DNA of 63,481 bases, the filler included, from Choristocarpus tenellus KU-1152 (lineage: Eukaryota > Protista > Phaeophyceae): assembly GCA_964200185.2 (NCBI GenBank). It is 12 parts of 12 records of this genome, joined end to end, with 100 filler letters (N's around TTAATTAATTAA, not from the genome) between each part and the next. Parts side by side here need not be neighbours in the genome. Positions count along the whole stretch, not along the records: positions 44,080 to 53,580 come from CAXNAD020003625.1; positions 53,681 to 56,659 come from CAXNAD020023207.1; positions 56,760 to 60,692 come from CAXNAD020017075.1; 9 more parts are not named here. One strand, written 5' to 3'. The notes beneath the pieces were generated by a model that saw nothing but the letters and a program-made list of their open reading frames with translations, did no database searches and was not told where the DNA came from. Of the stretch, positions 47,034-59,482 are shown piece by piece. The first letter of the stretch is position 1, and the number at the start of each line of letters is the position of its first letter. A program made the translations under genes and the position numbers.

Positions 47034-49562
47034 GAGGGTGAGAGAAGCAACAGTGACAGTGCCTTGAGTCCTGCAGTTGCGTTAGGTTTGTTTTTTTAAT
47101 AAGGTTGCATTAGATTGTAATGTCACCACTAAGTCAGTGGAAATTAAACGAGCGTTTGTTGGCTTAGGGTTAGGGTTAGGTGGAGACAGAGTTTAAAAGG
47201 AAAGTACATGTACTATTGAATAATATGAGGATGCAAACTCTATGTACATGAGATTGGTAAGAGACTGAGTCAGTGTTGGACACCATTTTTGTTTTCAAGA
47301 GGGGTCAGTCAATGCCCTTGCTCATCCCTGAATACCTTGAGTGATGGGAACGTCATGTATCAGTAGTCCTGACAATGTTGAAGGCTTGAAATAGAGCCAG
47401 TTATGGTGTTCTTGTTTCTGTTGCATGTATAGATGGTGGACTGCACGCAGGTGCCATGTCCTCATGCTAGAGGTGTCAGAAATGTTAGGGTTAGGGTTAG
47501 GGCACTGTTACGGCCACAGAGCAAGGATTGGACGAACTGTTGCGAGACTTCGATTATGAAAAGATTTGTTGCATCCTTCTCACTCTGTAATCATCTAGTG
47601 ACATGCATGTGTGAAGGATGAATAAAAATTACACTTTTTTTTTGTTTTCTTCACACATCAGTTCATATTAGTATTATTTTTCTCTAAATTAAAAAAAAAT
47701 GAACTGCTCTTTTTTTATTTTTGTCTTGTTCCCCTTCACTAACCCTAACCCTAACTTTACCGCTTGCCGTGACTCTGATACGATGAATGGCGACACTAAC
47801 CTGGCTAGGTAATTATTGTTATTTTTAGGTATTATTGTTATTTATTTATTTTTAAACTCTTTTCGCTATGTAGTGCAAGCTCCCAGAAGTGTACCTTCAT
47901 TGGCATCTTGCAAGAACAGTCCTCAACATCATGGGGGAGGGGGGGGGGGGGGTATCGGGAATCTGCTAAAAGTTTTGCTTTCAAGTTTTCTATGAATTTT
48001 TGTCCAGAATTGGGCAGGTCAGTCGACAAGTTTCATGTCTAACTGAGAACCAGCAATGGCTGTCTATAAAATAACCTCTCTACCGACACTACTGACACAT
48101 GGATAGTGATCATTTTTGTCACCCAATTGTTGAACAAGCAGGAAGGTCTGGAGAGAAAGGACAGGCGAGATACTTTCAAGGCCAGCGATCTAGACGATTT
48201 CTCAGACCAGCCTAAGGAGGGTCCCAGGTCAGTCGGAAGTGCTATGGTGCCGTAGAAGGTTTCCCCCTCCACCTTTTTTCTTTTTTCTTTTTCTTTTTCT
48301 TTTATTTGAGTTGTGTGCTAGGAACAGATTTTTCACTCTCTCTTTTTTCCAGGGTGTAAATAAAAAAATCAGAAAATTTTATTTATCCCATGGTAGCGCA
48401 GAGGTTAGGGCTAGGGTTAGGGCTAGGGTTAGGGCTAGGGTCGTGTGAGTCATGTGAGTCGTGTGAGGCTATGTGAGGTCTTGGCGTCCTGATCGCTTGT
48501 GTGTTCTTTGTGGGTAGTGAGAAAGGAAGGCCAATGATAGGAGTAGAAGCTAACCCTAACCCTAAGTAGGATGGCAGAGGAGAGGGAGTCACATCCCAAG
48601 ATGTTGGAACTCTTGTTAAGGCAATGCTGATTTTGATTCCTGTCCAGTGTCTTGAGCTTCATGGGAAAATTCCAAGTTGGGGTCTAGTCTAGCAGTGTCT
48701 ATCTGGGATGCCTTCGTCGGATGTGCAGTTAGGTCTAGCGATAAGATTGTTTGTTGAGTCATTGAGTGGAGACATTACTTGGGATAGATGCAGAAGGACA
48801 AGGATGGATTTGAGATGAGAGCATGAGGTGACTCCATAGCTGTCACCCGAGGGATGAAAGTATAAGTAGCTGGGAGGATCATTGCAACAGCAGTGATGAA
48901 AGTGATGAGGGTGTATTGTTTCTGTTTTGTGGATTATTTAGTTGACTGTTTGTACTTTGTCAGTTGAAGTGGGTTGGTACTGATTGCTTTGTTGTCAAGG
49001 GCAATGAGGCACTTGTTGAGGAGGTTTTGTCTTCAACTTGTGACAGTGGATTGAGGTGCAAATATCCTATCAGAGTCTTGGAACTATACTTCGAATGCAG
49101 TAAAAGGGTATGGACATAGAAGACAGAGGGTATTAGCACTTAAGGTCGAGAGAATTACATGGAAGACAAAGAGTTTTTATATTAGATTTAAAGAGTCCGG
49201 CTTGTTAAAATTGATTTAAAAGTTCAATGGGGTGAGAGTCCAGTCATGAGCTTCAACAATTTGCAGGTCTTAGCCTCCATCTGGTGATCACACCTTCCCA
49301 CAGCGAAATGAGGAAAAACAAGGGTTGATGTATACGCAAACGGCATGAATAGACCTTACTGCCTGTGTTTTGTGTGTGAATTTTACACCCCAAACTTAAT
49401 GAGGGGGATGGTTATATGTGTGGCAGGGCTGAATTTGATTTTTCACTAAATTTGATTGTCCATTGCTAATCGGAGGGGCTGTTACAGAACTGCAAGTTAG
49501 TGTGGTGAGAAGTTTCATACTCCTCTACCTAACCCTAACCCTAGCTAAATTGAGGGGAAGAG

Positions 49563-49838
49563 AGACAAGATCAAATTTGTAATAATATAGACAAGATCAA
49601 GTTTGTAATACTATAGACAGGAACAAGTTTGTAATCATATAGACAAGAACAAGTTTGTAATAATATAGATAAGAACAAGTTGGTAATCATATAGACAAGA
49701 ACAAGTTGGTAATACTATAGACAGGAGCAAGTTTGTAATAATATAGACAAGATCAAGTTTGTAATATTATAGACAAGATCAAGTTTGTAATATTATAGAC
49801 AAGAACAAGTTTGTAATAATAATAATAAAGACAAGATC
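49563..49838. repeat. 26-bp minisatellite x about 10
   Basis: agacaagatcaagtttgtaataatat with point variants and no spacers. Confidence 0.93.
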
Positions 49839-50285
49839 ATAGTAGTACTCCGTACTGTGGATTGGTGTGTATGTCAAATCCCTCCTAGCTGATAGTGTGC
49901 AAATGTTAAGTTGTAGTGATGGGAACAAGCACATTTTCATCAAGGGTCGACTGTCTGTGCATGGACGTGTTTGGGGTACAGTTTGATGGGTCTTTGTTTG
50001 TTTTTGGCAGTGAAGACCTTGAATCCAATATGGAGCGCTTGCCACATGAGAGTGATTGACCACAATGATGATGAATGACATGGATGCGGTAAGAGGGGTG
50101 ATGAGCGTCTTACCTTACCTTACCTTGATGCTGAGGGAACTTTCACAGGTCACAATAGATTCTATCCGCCTACATGTCACTTGCATTACTTTAGGAGAAA
50201 CATTCCAAGAGTTGACATACAAGCACACCTCAGATGTGTTGCCTGTGGTATTGTTCATCATCTTCATCTCATGTGCGCTGCGCTC

Positions 50286-50332
50286 GGTACTTGGTACTTG
50301 GTACTTGGTACTTGGTACTTGGTACTTGGTAC
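50286..50332. repeat. 7-bp tandem repeat (ggtactt)n
   Basis: Direct reading. Confidence 0.93.
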
Positions 50333-50905
50333 TGACCCAGCATAGGAAGGCGTGATGTGGACGCCCCTCTACCCTTGACTGGGACGTAGTATCCGAGAGG
50401 GCGAGTCGTGTGTCCGTTTGGGGCGTTTGTTCCTCTGTGGTGGTTTTGATTTCATTGATTTCGATGCCGTTGATCTTGATGTTATTTGTGTGACTGTGTA
50501 AGATGTAAGGACAACTTCCTTCATCTGGACACACCTTCCTCTTCCATCCCCTTTCACATTTCACCGTTAACCTGCCTGAACCAAACCTGATGGAAATTCA
50601 TTGGTGAAACAGTCATCCAACTAACTGGAGTGTTTTACAAAACTCCAGCAAGCTCCGATGGATGCCCTGGGCCAAATCTTCTCTAACCCTAACCCTAACC
50701 CCTAGGATACTGCAAGTCTTGTAAGACCACACTAAGCGGGAGACATAAACAACGCTATGCCACTTATCACAACACTTATCATAACTGTCAGTGCTGTGAC
50801 TGAAGTTACTCTGAGTACTAGGTTGGACTGGGTGGATGGGTTTGAATTGGATCGCTCGGATGTAGCAGGCTTGTTGCACCACCTCCATTGTGCGTCGACC
50901 CTAGC

Positions 50906-50952
<47 letters not shown>

Positions 50953-52649
50953 TTGTTTGTATAAGGTACTTTGATTTTACTGCTCTTCAATCTTGCATCC
51001 CAGGTAGGTATTGCATTGTGGAATACACTCACAGTGTTCTGTTTGTCATCCTGTTGTGGCACATCTTGTATTGTTTGCTGTGAGTGGTACATACAAAAAA
51101 AAAATCGGTAGGCATCCTTGTTCTGAGAAAAAATCGGATTGATTGGATTGATTGGATTGATTGGATTGGACTTACTTCGGCGTTGGCTGCTTCTCTGCCC
51201 AAGGAGAAGGGCATTGGGGATGGTGGAATCTTGATGTATTGATGTATTGATGTATTGGACGGAGAAGGACAAGAAAAACATGAAAAGTATTGATCAAATC
51301 AACACGTTTGGCCCCTTTTTTTTTTGAGGTGAGGCATTCCGTTGACCATGATTTTTTTTTTTTGAGGTGAAATCACAGGTTTCCTGCAACTAGAAAGTGG
51401 GGAGTGGTGGACAGTATGGCAGTAGTGGTCAAAAATTCACCGCTGACATTTGAAGGTGTACCTAAATACCATGATTTCTTTTTAGGTGTAGTAAAACTGT
51501 TAACTGTGGCCAAAATCAGCCCCATTAAATCTCCGTCGATATCTGTGTCATTTGGCAAGCTTTTTGTTCTACCTAGCTATTCTTTCATTTTTGTCTCTGT
51601 CATCTTGTTATTCATAGAATTGTCAGTCATCGCCGAAAATGAGCTCTATTAGCTTGAGGTTGTACTCTTACATCGTTTTGATGCAATAGTCACCAATGTA
51701 TCGAAATTGAATTAATTTAATTTAATTTAATTTAACTCAATTATTTTAATTTAATTATTCAATTCAATTCAATTTATTTTAATTTGATTTAAAGGATGCA
51801 AAGTGTATTGAATCCGATGGTATCTGTCTGTAGTACACATCCATAGAGGTTCGAAGTTTTTATTATGTGAAGGGTGTGTGTGTGTGTGTGAATACGAGAA
51901 GACTTTAATAAAATACTAAAAATTAATCACATCACATGAAGAGCGTAGAGGATTCCCCAAACAAACTCTATTACCGAGGGTGTTGATTGGAGCATCCCCA
52001 CATGCCAGATTGTTCTGTGAACAGTAAGACATACGCTCGAACTATTAATTATTTTTCACAGAAAAAAAGAAGAAACGTGCATACCTTCCACCTCTTATAC
52101 CAACTCTGCATTCTTCGACCGCCTAGGGTGTTTGTAGTATCTAGTGTAGGCCCTGCCAGTGTAGTCGGTTGTGTCGATGGCAGAAGGGAGGCATGTATAG
52201 TTGGACGGTGTTTTACTCCTGCCAGTGCTCGATTGTGAAGTGGGGGGTGTATTGCGTGGCATGGTAGCGAATTGACTTCAGATCTAAAGTGTCAGAACGT
52301 CTACGGTAATAGGTTTACGGCTGTTGCCCTGTCATGTTTGTGTCGAAGGTTGATTATGCGCTTAATTTTTTTTTTTATTGCAGTTTGGGGGTGCTGCTCC
52401 TCCTTCACATTTTATCTCTTTTTTGTGTTATTTTTTTTTTGATGTTGCATGCAGGTTTGTCGTTTGTTGCATCAGCTAGAATGGTCACTAAACGGTTGTT
52501 GACATGACTCTTTTGCAGTATGTTGTGAACAGCTGCTGACTTTGTCTCAGGTATGCAAACAGGCTCGCCACCACACCTAAAGAAGACGCTCTTTTTGCTG
52601 GTTCCTGCAGATGAAACTTACCCCCCCCCCCACACACACACTTTAGAGT

Positions 52650-52956
52650 CCTCCAATTTACTCATGGCATCAGAAATAGAGAGAGAGAGTATGAAGGAGA
52701 AAAGTACAGATGTCCTTAATGTCCTTAATAACACTTCAAATACTTTCGAAACCTTCCCCCAACTCCCCTTCACCACCCTTTTGCTGGAACCTGACAGAGT
52801 ATCCGGGCCTGTCCCTGATAGTTTCAAGGAGGTTGTAAAGGCCAAGGAGTTGGCGGTGAAGGAAGCCATGGTGGTGGAAAATGTGGTGAAAGAACCTGCT
52901 GAGATGAGGAAGGTGGGAGAAGAGAAGAGCAGACCGATAAGTTTATCAGTGGTAAA
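52650..52956 (+). CDS. Possible exon of an unknown Glu/Lys-rich protein
   Basis: Open frame SSNLLMASEIERES...SLSVVK ending at aag|gtttgc; no recognisable domain. Confidence 0.35.
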
Positions 52957-53011
52957 GGTTTGCTTTAGTTTGCACTGATATTTATTTGTTTTGTTCTTAA
53001 ATCATCAACTG

Positions 53012-53049
<38 letters not shown>

Positions 53050-53517
53050 ACACGCACGTTGGTTCTTTTTGTGGAGTATGAATGTTAGTACTGAAAAGGA
53101 ACTATTCAAAATATTTCGTGGTTTTCTGCAAATGGAGATTTTATTCAGGTGTTAATAGTGAGGCCGGATAGACTCCAGTCCCTTGATGTCAAAGAAGGAC
53201 TGACACCTTAGACACCTCAGATACGCACTCGACTAAGGAAGATACTCCCCTGGCCCTGATAACCTTTCAGTGAACTTAGGAAGAAAAACAAGGGCATGAA
53301 CACACTCTTTTTATTATTTGAGAAAGTAATCACTCAGCAAATGGCCTTTGATACATTTACCTCAACCTGTTGCACATTGTTGCATTTCTGGAGAGCGGTG
53401 ACCGCTCCAGGCTCCTTGTCTTTTTACCTCATGTTAAGGTTCAAAGCAATGTATGCATGCACTTCAACGTGTCAATATTTGTACCAATGGATGTCTCAGT
53501 CCGGATTGCATGGTAAG

Positions 53518-53747
53518 GGCTCAAAGTATCTGGGGGGGGGGGGGGGGTCTACACCAGGGGGTCCATTTCGGGCCATGACCNNNNNNNNNNNNNNNNNNNN
53601 NNNNNNNNNNNNNNNNNNNNNNNNTTAATTAATTAANNNNNNNNNNNNNNNNNNNNNNNNNNNNNNNNNNNNNNNNNNNNAAAATCGCGACATGAAGAAA
53701 TTGACCCCAAATGGACAGCCGCTATCCCCTTCCAGGTGCTTTGAGCC
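53518..53747. mobile_element. MITE family B pieces either side of a linker (53518-53580, 53681-53747)
   Basis: ggctcaaagtatct + poly-G...; ...ccaaatggacagcc...aggtgctttgagcc. The right piece abuts exon 3 of transposase copy 2. Confidence 0.85.
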
Positions 53748-55585
53748 TCTTTGCAAAAATCCTTGTATAGCTCCTAATTAATAATCTTGGTTGTGTGGGC
53801 AAGTGAGGAGTTATTGAGAAGGAACACTCGAAGAACACCGCTGCAAGATCTCTCGAAGGCGGGCGGAGCAATAACTTGACTGAGAACACGGAAGACGGGA
53901 TCAAGCAAGCTTGCATCGTGTGTTACGAAAGGTCAAATACAATGATCTTCGTAAATCTGCCAAGAGCGTCATTCTGTTCGGGCCTCGCTGCCCTTTGCAG
54001 AAACGGTAAAGGAGGCGAATCTACAATCATCATCATCATCATCGCGAAGCGCTTTAGACATATGAAGTACACACTTTTACTACCAACGTCAGACCGGGCC
54101 CGGGGCCGCAGAGTAGGTGTACACAACGGGGAAATAACAGTTATTGTGCCTTCCTTAGTAAAAGCGACGAAGAGTATCAGCATCATCATTGTAGTCTCGA
54201 CATAGCAAACGAAAAAAATAGCACTTCGTACGAATCTTCACATTTTTTGTAACCATAATCTCAGACCGGTCAAAGAAATAAACACCCACCACTATTAATA
54301 CTCCTTCGATCCACTTCTTCTATGTACTGCTGGGTCACACGGTTTGCAACTAACTCCAACACAGGGTACGGCCAACCTCTCCACAACCAAGGGCAAAACC
54401 TACCTCTTTGTTCGCGGCGTAGATCACAATTGCGGACTTGTGAGGCATGAACTGCCTGTATGTATCCGCCCAGTAGTCTATCCAGGACATCACCAGGTCT
54501 CGCTTCGGAGCCATGTCCTTATCTTTGTTCGTGCCGTTCCTGTTGTAGTAGCGCACATATGTATATAAATGGATGGGAGTTGTGTTGGAGGTGGATACAA
54601 GGGACGGCGGATGGAATCCTAGAGGAATCGTATGCCAGCAGCGGATCTCTACTTCTGTAGGTATTTACGTGTGGTAACTGCTGCAGCAGCTGATCTCTAC
54701 TTCGTAGGTATTTACGTGTGGTAACTGCTGCAGCAGTGCAGGGACAGCCAGATGAGATGATATTGTTGAAGCATAAATAAACATATGACACGTGTATATA
54801 CACATATATGTAACACATAACACCACGCTGGAGGGATTTCTAACTTTGTACATCAGACATCTCGGCGTGGTAACGGCAAAGTGAATGTGGCGAGTACGGT
54901 CGGATTACATTGTTCTGAGATAGGACTACTGTTCAATCATCAAGCAGGGGGAAAAATATACCGGGTACAAATAACACTGTGTACATACGTCAAATCCACC
55001 TCTCCACGCCGGAGGATACTCTTGTGTTATGTGTACCTTTGCAAGCGTCGATGACATGATTGGATATTCCGAACGATGCCTTGAAAAACTGCGTACAAAC
55101 GGGAATGCCCGCCGCGAGCATAGATCCGCCTCCAGGTCCCAAGTTAATGACAAGTACACGGTCGCCAACGAAGTGCTTGCGATCGCGGCGGTTCTCACAC
55201 GCCCGGATGATGTCCTGCTCTTTGGCCAACGTGTGGGCAAGGAAGGACTCGCTATCTGCCGCGAACTTCTTCACACAGGCTAAGCGCTTGCAGCAGTCAC
55301 CCTGTTCGTTGACCGGGATGGGTTGAGCCCATCCTCGACGAAGCTTCGCGTCGGTCGCTGAAGCGTCATTGGTAGAAAGCTCCAGTGCATCATTGTTGGT
55401 GGGCTGGTGAGGGGGCAACACAGGGGGCGGCGCAGGCGACAAAAGCCATCCCCTTGCTGTGGGAGCAACTGTCATGGTGTTTTCAGGCAACAGGCGGCCT
55501 TGGGCAGTGAGAAGGTCTAGAAGTGATGAGATTCGAAGCTGGGCGTATGAACGATGTTTGAGCTCCGGGCGATCCGTGGGACCAC
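53748..55585 (-). mobile_element. Sola/DUF7869-like transposase gene, copy 2 (truncated by a MITE)
   Basis: Reverse-complement homologue of 35171-36950 including introns; exons 55475-55000, 54539-54404, 53773-53748; an extra ~48-bp tandem duplication at 54644-54736. Confidence 0.65.
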
Positions 55586-55680
55586 CCTGAGATCCATGAT
55601 CCGGAAAATATGTGCATAACGGTTTTCGGAAGTTGTAAATCCGAATATAGCTGTACTTGCATTTTTTTAATATACAAAGA

Positions 55681-56067
55681 CATACTTAATTGATCGTGTA
55701 CGTTTCCAATATTCCGAAACCAAAAGGTAAAAAAAAACTGACACCCTGTAATTGTTCTACGTACAAAATCTTAAATTGTTGGATATTTGTATTCTTAAAA
55801 ATACTAGAGACGACAAAAAGCGGCTCTTGAGTTTCGGTGATCCGTTTGGATCATCCTAACCATTGAATAGCCAAAACACGTGCGTTAGTATTCTTACGAA
55901 ATAAGAATAATATTCTAATCTTTATATCAACAAATAAAAATAAACCACATACTTCATTGATCCAATACGTACGAAACTTACGAAACGTAAAGGTCACAAA
56001 AAACTGATACTCTCTTATCTCTTCTCAATATGAAATCGTATGCTGTTCGATATTCGTATTTTTATAA
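55681..56067. repeat. Degenerate ~120-bp direct repeat pair (55681-55800, 55948-56067) between divergent ORFs
   Basis: catactt.attgatc...cgaaac..aaaggt.a.aaaaaactga.ac.ct...tgtt.gatatt.gtatt in both copies. Confidence 0.65.
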
Positions 56068-56215
56068 CACAAATCTGAGTTATGAGGACCGACCGACCAG
56101 ATGAAATAAAGCAGCACCTCCCAGCCCTCAGTCCTCATTTCAATTCCTTCCCTTCTGTACATACCACGCGCACCTGTTATTTATCGATCCCCATCACACC
56201 CTCCCAATCTTCGCC

Positions 56216-56656
56216 ATGTCCAGCATTCGCTCAACAACAACCCACCCGCCCGCCCATGGCGCTGCCCACGGATTGAAATCATGGTATAGCAATCTGAAGG
56301 ACATGTCCTCGCTCCTAGAACATCACTACCTCGGCACGTACCAGATGAAACTCGGCAACATCACATGCACGGAGATGGTGTGTCCCCTGAGCGAGCGTGG
56401 CCTTGTGCATGTCAGCAAGTCCACCTGTGAAAAAGGCTGGCTGGAGCAGTTTGCTCCGTCTGTCGTCATCCAACGAGACTGCTTAGGCGACCAGCTCACC
56501 GCCGAAACTGCGCTTGCCATTCAACGACGAACACTGGACGGAAACCATAGAATAACGGTGCTGAAGAGAGAGTTTGATCCCGAACACGCTTTCATGATGC
56601 GGGTCTACATGGAGTTCAACCAAGCAGAAGAGAGGCTAATTGCCAATGGTGGGTGA
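56216..56656 (+). CDS. ParB/Sulfiredoxin-like domain ORF, probably a first exon, cut by the contig end
   Basis: V(C)PLSERGLVHVSKS..EKGW....PSVVI...TLDGNHRITVLK...MRVY....EERLIA follows the ParB/Srx layout; aatg|gtgggt may be a donor. Confidence 0.7.
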   Translation: MSSIRSTTTHPPAHGAAHGLKSWYSNLKDMSSLLEHHYLGTYQMKLGNITCTEMVCPLSERGLVHVSKSTCEKGWLEQFAPSVVIQRDCLGDQLTAETALAIQRRTLDGNHRITVLKREFDPEHAFMMRVYMEFNQAEERLIANGG

Positions 56657-56759
56657 TGGNNNNNNNNNNNNNNNNNNNNNNNNNNNNNNNNNNNNNNNNN
56701 NNNTTAATTAATTAANNNNNNNNNNNNNNNNNNNNNNNNNNNNNNNNNNNNNNNNNNNN

Positions 56760-56915
56760 GGGGGGGGGGGGGTGGCGGCTGTCCATTTGGCCCCAATTTT
56801 TTCATGTCGCGTTTTTTGGGTGATTTGGTTGCATACGTCGAATGGATAATGTAAGTGCACTTTTCCTGGTTACGGCCCAAATGGACACCCTGGTATAGAC
56901 CCGCCCCCGCCCCCC
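56760..56915. mobile_element. MITE family B, partial
   Basis: poly-G, ggctgtccatttgg...ccaaatggacaccctggtatagacc. Confidence 0.85.
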
Positions 56916-57339
56916 CTGTTCGTAGATAGTGCTGCTGATACACTATAGACATGTTGGATTATGTGATAGGGTCGAGAGCCAGTAACAGATATATTATATG
57001 TACTGACTCATAGTGTTGATTGTTTTTATCATGTTCAAGATACACTTCCTATACTTAAGAAAAGTAAATAACTAATTCATAGTAAATTAGTGTAGACGAT
57101 TAGAAACCCCACACTATAGAGTAATGATGGCAGTTAAGGCAAGAGTCTCACCCACGAGCTCAGTGAGCGGAATCGAGACCACAAAGGCCCTTGTAGTACT
57201 AACATTGTTAATCTACATCAAGCTGTTCTTTGTCCTTCATTATAGCACCATAAAAGCCGCGGGTCCAGTGTGGGATAGTTCAACACCCCCCAGATACTTT
57301 GGGTCAATAAAGAATATGCTGCATTATCTTAATTGTATA

Positions 57340-58630
57340 TTTCGACGTAGAATCCAGAATACCGGTAGGATGCTTACTCGATCGGCTATTGTGCTTCAAA
57401 CTTATGATTTCACTGTCAAACACAACTGTGGTAAGGTAGGTGTTACACTCCCGATACTTTGTCTCGTATTTCCGAGTTCAAGGGACAAGATAAATCCGTT
57501 GCTTCAATGCTGGTATCCATCTGTTGTAAAACTCAGTGGTAATCGTGCATGTACCACACGCGTTAAAAGGGAATATAAGGTGTCTGCTTCTAACCCTGTC
57601 GTAACAACTGCTGTCGAAAGTTATGCGAACTGTTCACTAGTACCACTATTGCATTATACAGTGGACTGGAAGCAATTGCACATCGAGCAGGAGTCCAAGT
57701 TTGGACCACGTTTTAGGTAATTGCAGTATCATGATGTCGGCCAACCACCGTATAAGGAAACGACCGTGTCTATGTCGTTTTTTTCCTTAATATCGTCTTA
57801 CTTCATGGTTCGTATTTTTGACACGCTGGCCCGTCTTCTTTAAAGAAAAGTGTCAGAGACCAGTTGGTTGTTCCTCGCTCGTTATTTCGTTTTATATTCC
57901 ACGGTTGTCATGGCAATGCTTTCCCTGGAGGCCACATAGGTTTTTAGTCCGCGTTTGATAAGATTGGTGGTCAACAGTCAATATCGATGTTCATTCATCG
58001 TGCCATGTTATCATGCATGCAAGAGTGTGAGACTCATCATAAATACACTCTTCCCACGGCTCAAATGCGTGTTGATAGACCCTTTCAAAGAGCTGCTGTT
58101 GGTTTGGTAGAGTACAAAACATATTCCTGTTAAAGAGTCTCACTCTGCACCAACGGTAAAGATTATCCACGAAGTGTCTTGGTGGAGCATAATGTGTGAG
58201 TTGGTGTGAATATGTAGTATTGGTGTTTCGGCTTGTGGTCTCGTTTCCATTGACTGGAGCAGTTGGGCCGAGACAGATGTAGGCCACCAAGGTGGGATTT
58301 GCAAGTACCAACATTCCAATATCATGGTCCCTGTAACATTTGATTCTTGGGTAGAGCTAAACTGGAAAGAAATGCCAACATATAAACTGATCCTACCTTT
58401 CCTGCTCAGCTCCATCAGTGGTATCTATATAGTGTATCAGCAACACTTTTCTACGAGCAGTTCCCCGACAGGTGACAGTATCCTGCGCTCATATGTCTTG
58501 TCTGTCATTTATCACCTCACTTGTTTTATTGTGCTGTGCCCTGTTCGAAATAAAGAGGGCACAACAATTGCTCGTATGTTGGTAGAACGTGTACTTGTAA
58601 TCTTTGGCAAACAGATGTTACGTTCCGACC
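57340..58630 (+). pseudogene. Ty3/gypsy pol relic (RNase H end and integrase)
   Basis: LTRSAIVLQTYDFTVKHNCGK; QLVVPRSL; SYVLSVIYHLTCFIVLCPVRNKEGTTIARMLVERVLVIFG..LRSD; many stops and frameshifts. Confidence 0.8.
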
Positions 58631-59315
58631 ATAACCAAAGTAAAGGGAGGTGGTACCTAGGGTTGCATTTTCAGGATGCTGACAAAATATGCAAAATCAT
58701 ATCTTTATTGCAAATGCGTATAGGATATTTCCTTTATTGAGTAAAAAAAAAACCCAGAGAATTCAATACTCTCAAGTCAAACTTAGTACTTCATATCCAT
58801 AGAAATATGGATGAATTGAGATTGAAAAACTGACTTTAAAATACGAAACAACCAAACCTGGATACCTCTTGCTTACTTTCACCATCAAAATGCTCAAAGT
58901 GAGAACAGTAATACTCCAGGATTACAGTCCACATCTTGGTCACAAGAAACCATAAGAGCATTGTATCACCCTCAAAGAAACTATACCCTAGAGAGTGCAT
59001 GCTAAGTTGCATTCCATCCTACCAATACAAAGACATGCAGTGGTGAAGAGGCCGCAAAATCACTGGGCACAATACAACTCCTGTGTGCTAGAGGTGACCG
59101 TTCATTCGATCATGTCTCTTTTTCATTAAATGTATTTATTGATCATCAACCTTAACGAAAACAAGTATTCAAGTTCACGAATGGTATGTGATGGCGACTT
59201 CAGGTGAAATCACAATTATTCTTTGTTTTGTGTGGAATGATCCCCCTGACATGATGTAATGACTGTATGGTCGCCTCATATCGCATATTACGAATTGAGC
59301 TACCAACATCGTCCG

Positions 59316-59482
59316 TCCTGGGGGGTGGTGGCTGTCCATGGAGCCATTTTTTTTATGTCGCAATTTTTAGTTGATTTGGTCGCATACGTCGGATGGATAA
59401 TGCAAGTGCATTTTTCCAAGGATTTGTCCTAAATGGACACCCTGGTGTAGCCCCCCCACCCCCTTCCCAGATATTTTGAGCC
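59316..59482. mobile_element. MITE family B with a degenerate left end
   Basis: ggctgtccatgg...catacgtcggatggataa...aaatggacaccctggtgtag...cagatattttgagcc. Confidence 0.85.

Noticed and set aside
48600-49300. Possible decayed LINE on the - strand
   Set aside because: Composition is suggestive, but no diagnostic motif could be read.
49563-49838. CRISPR-like array of 26-bp units
   Set aside because: Units are contiguous with no unique spacers, no cas genes are present, and the context is eukaryotic.
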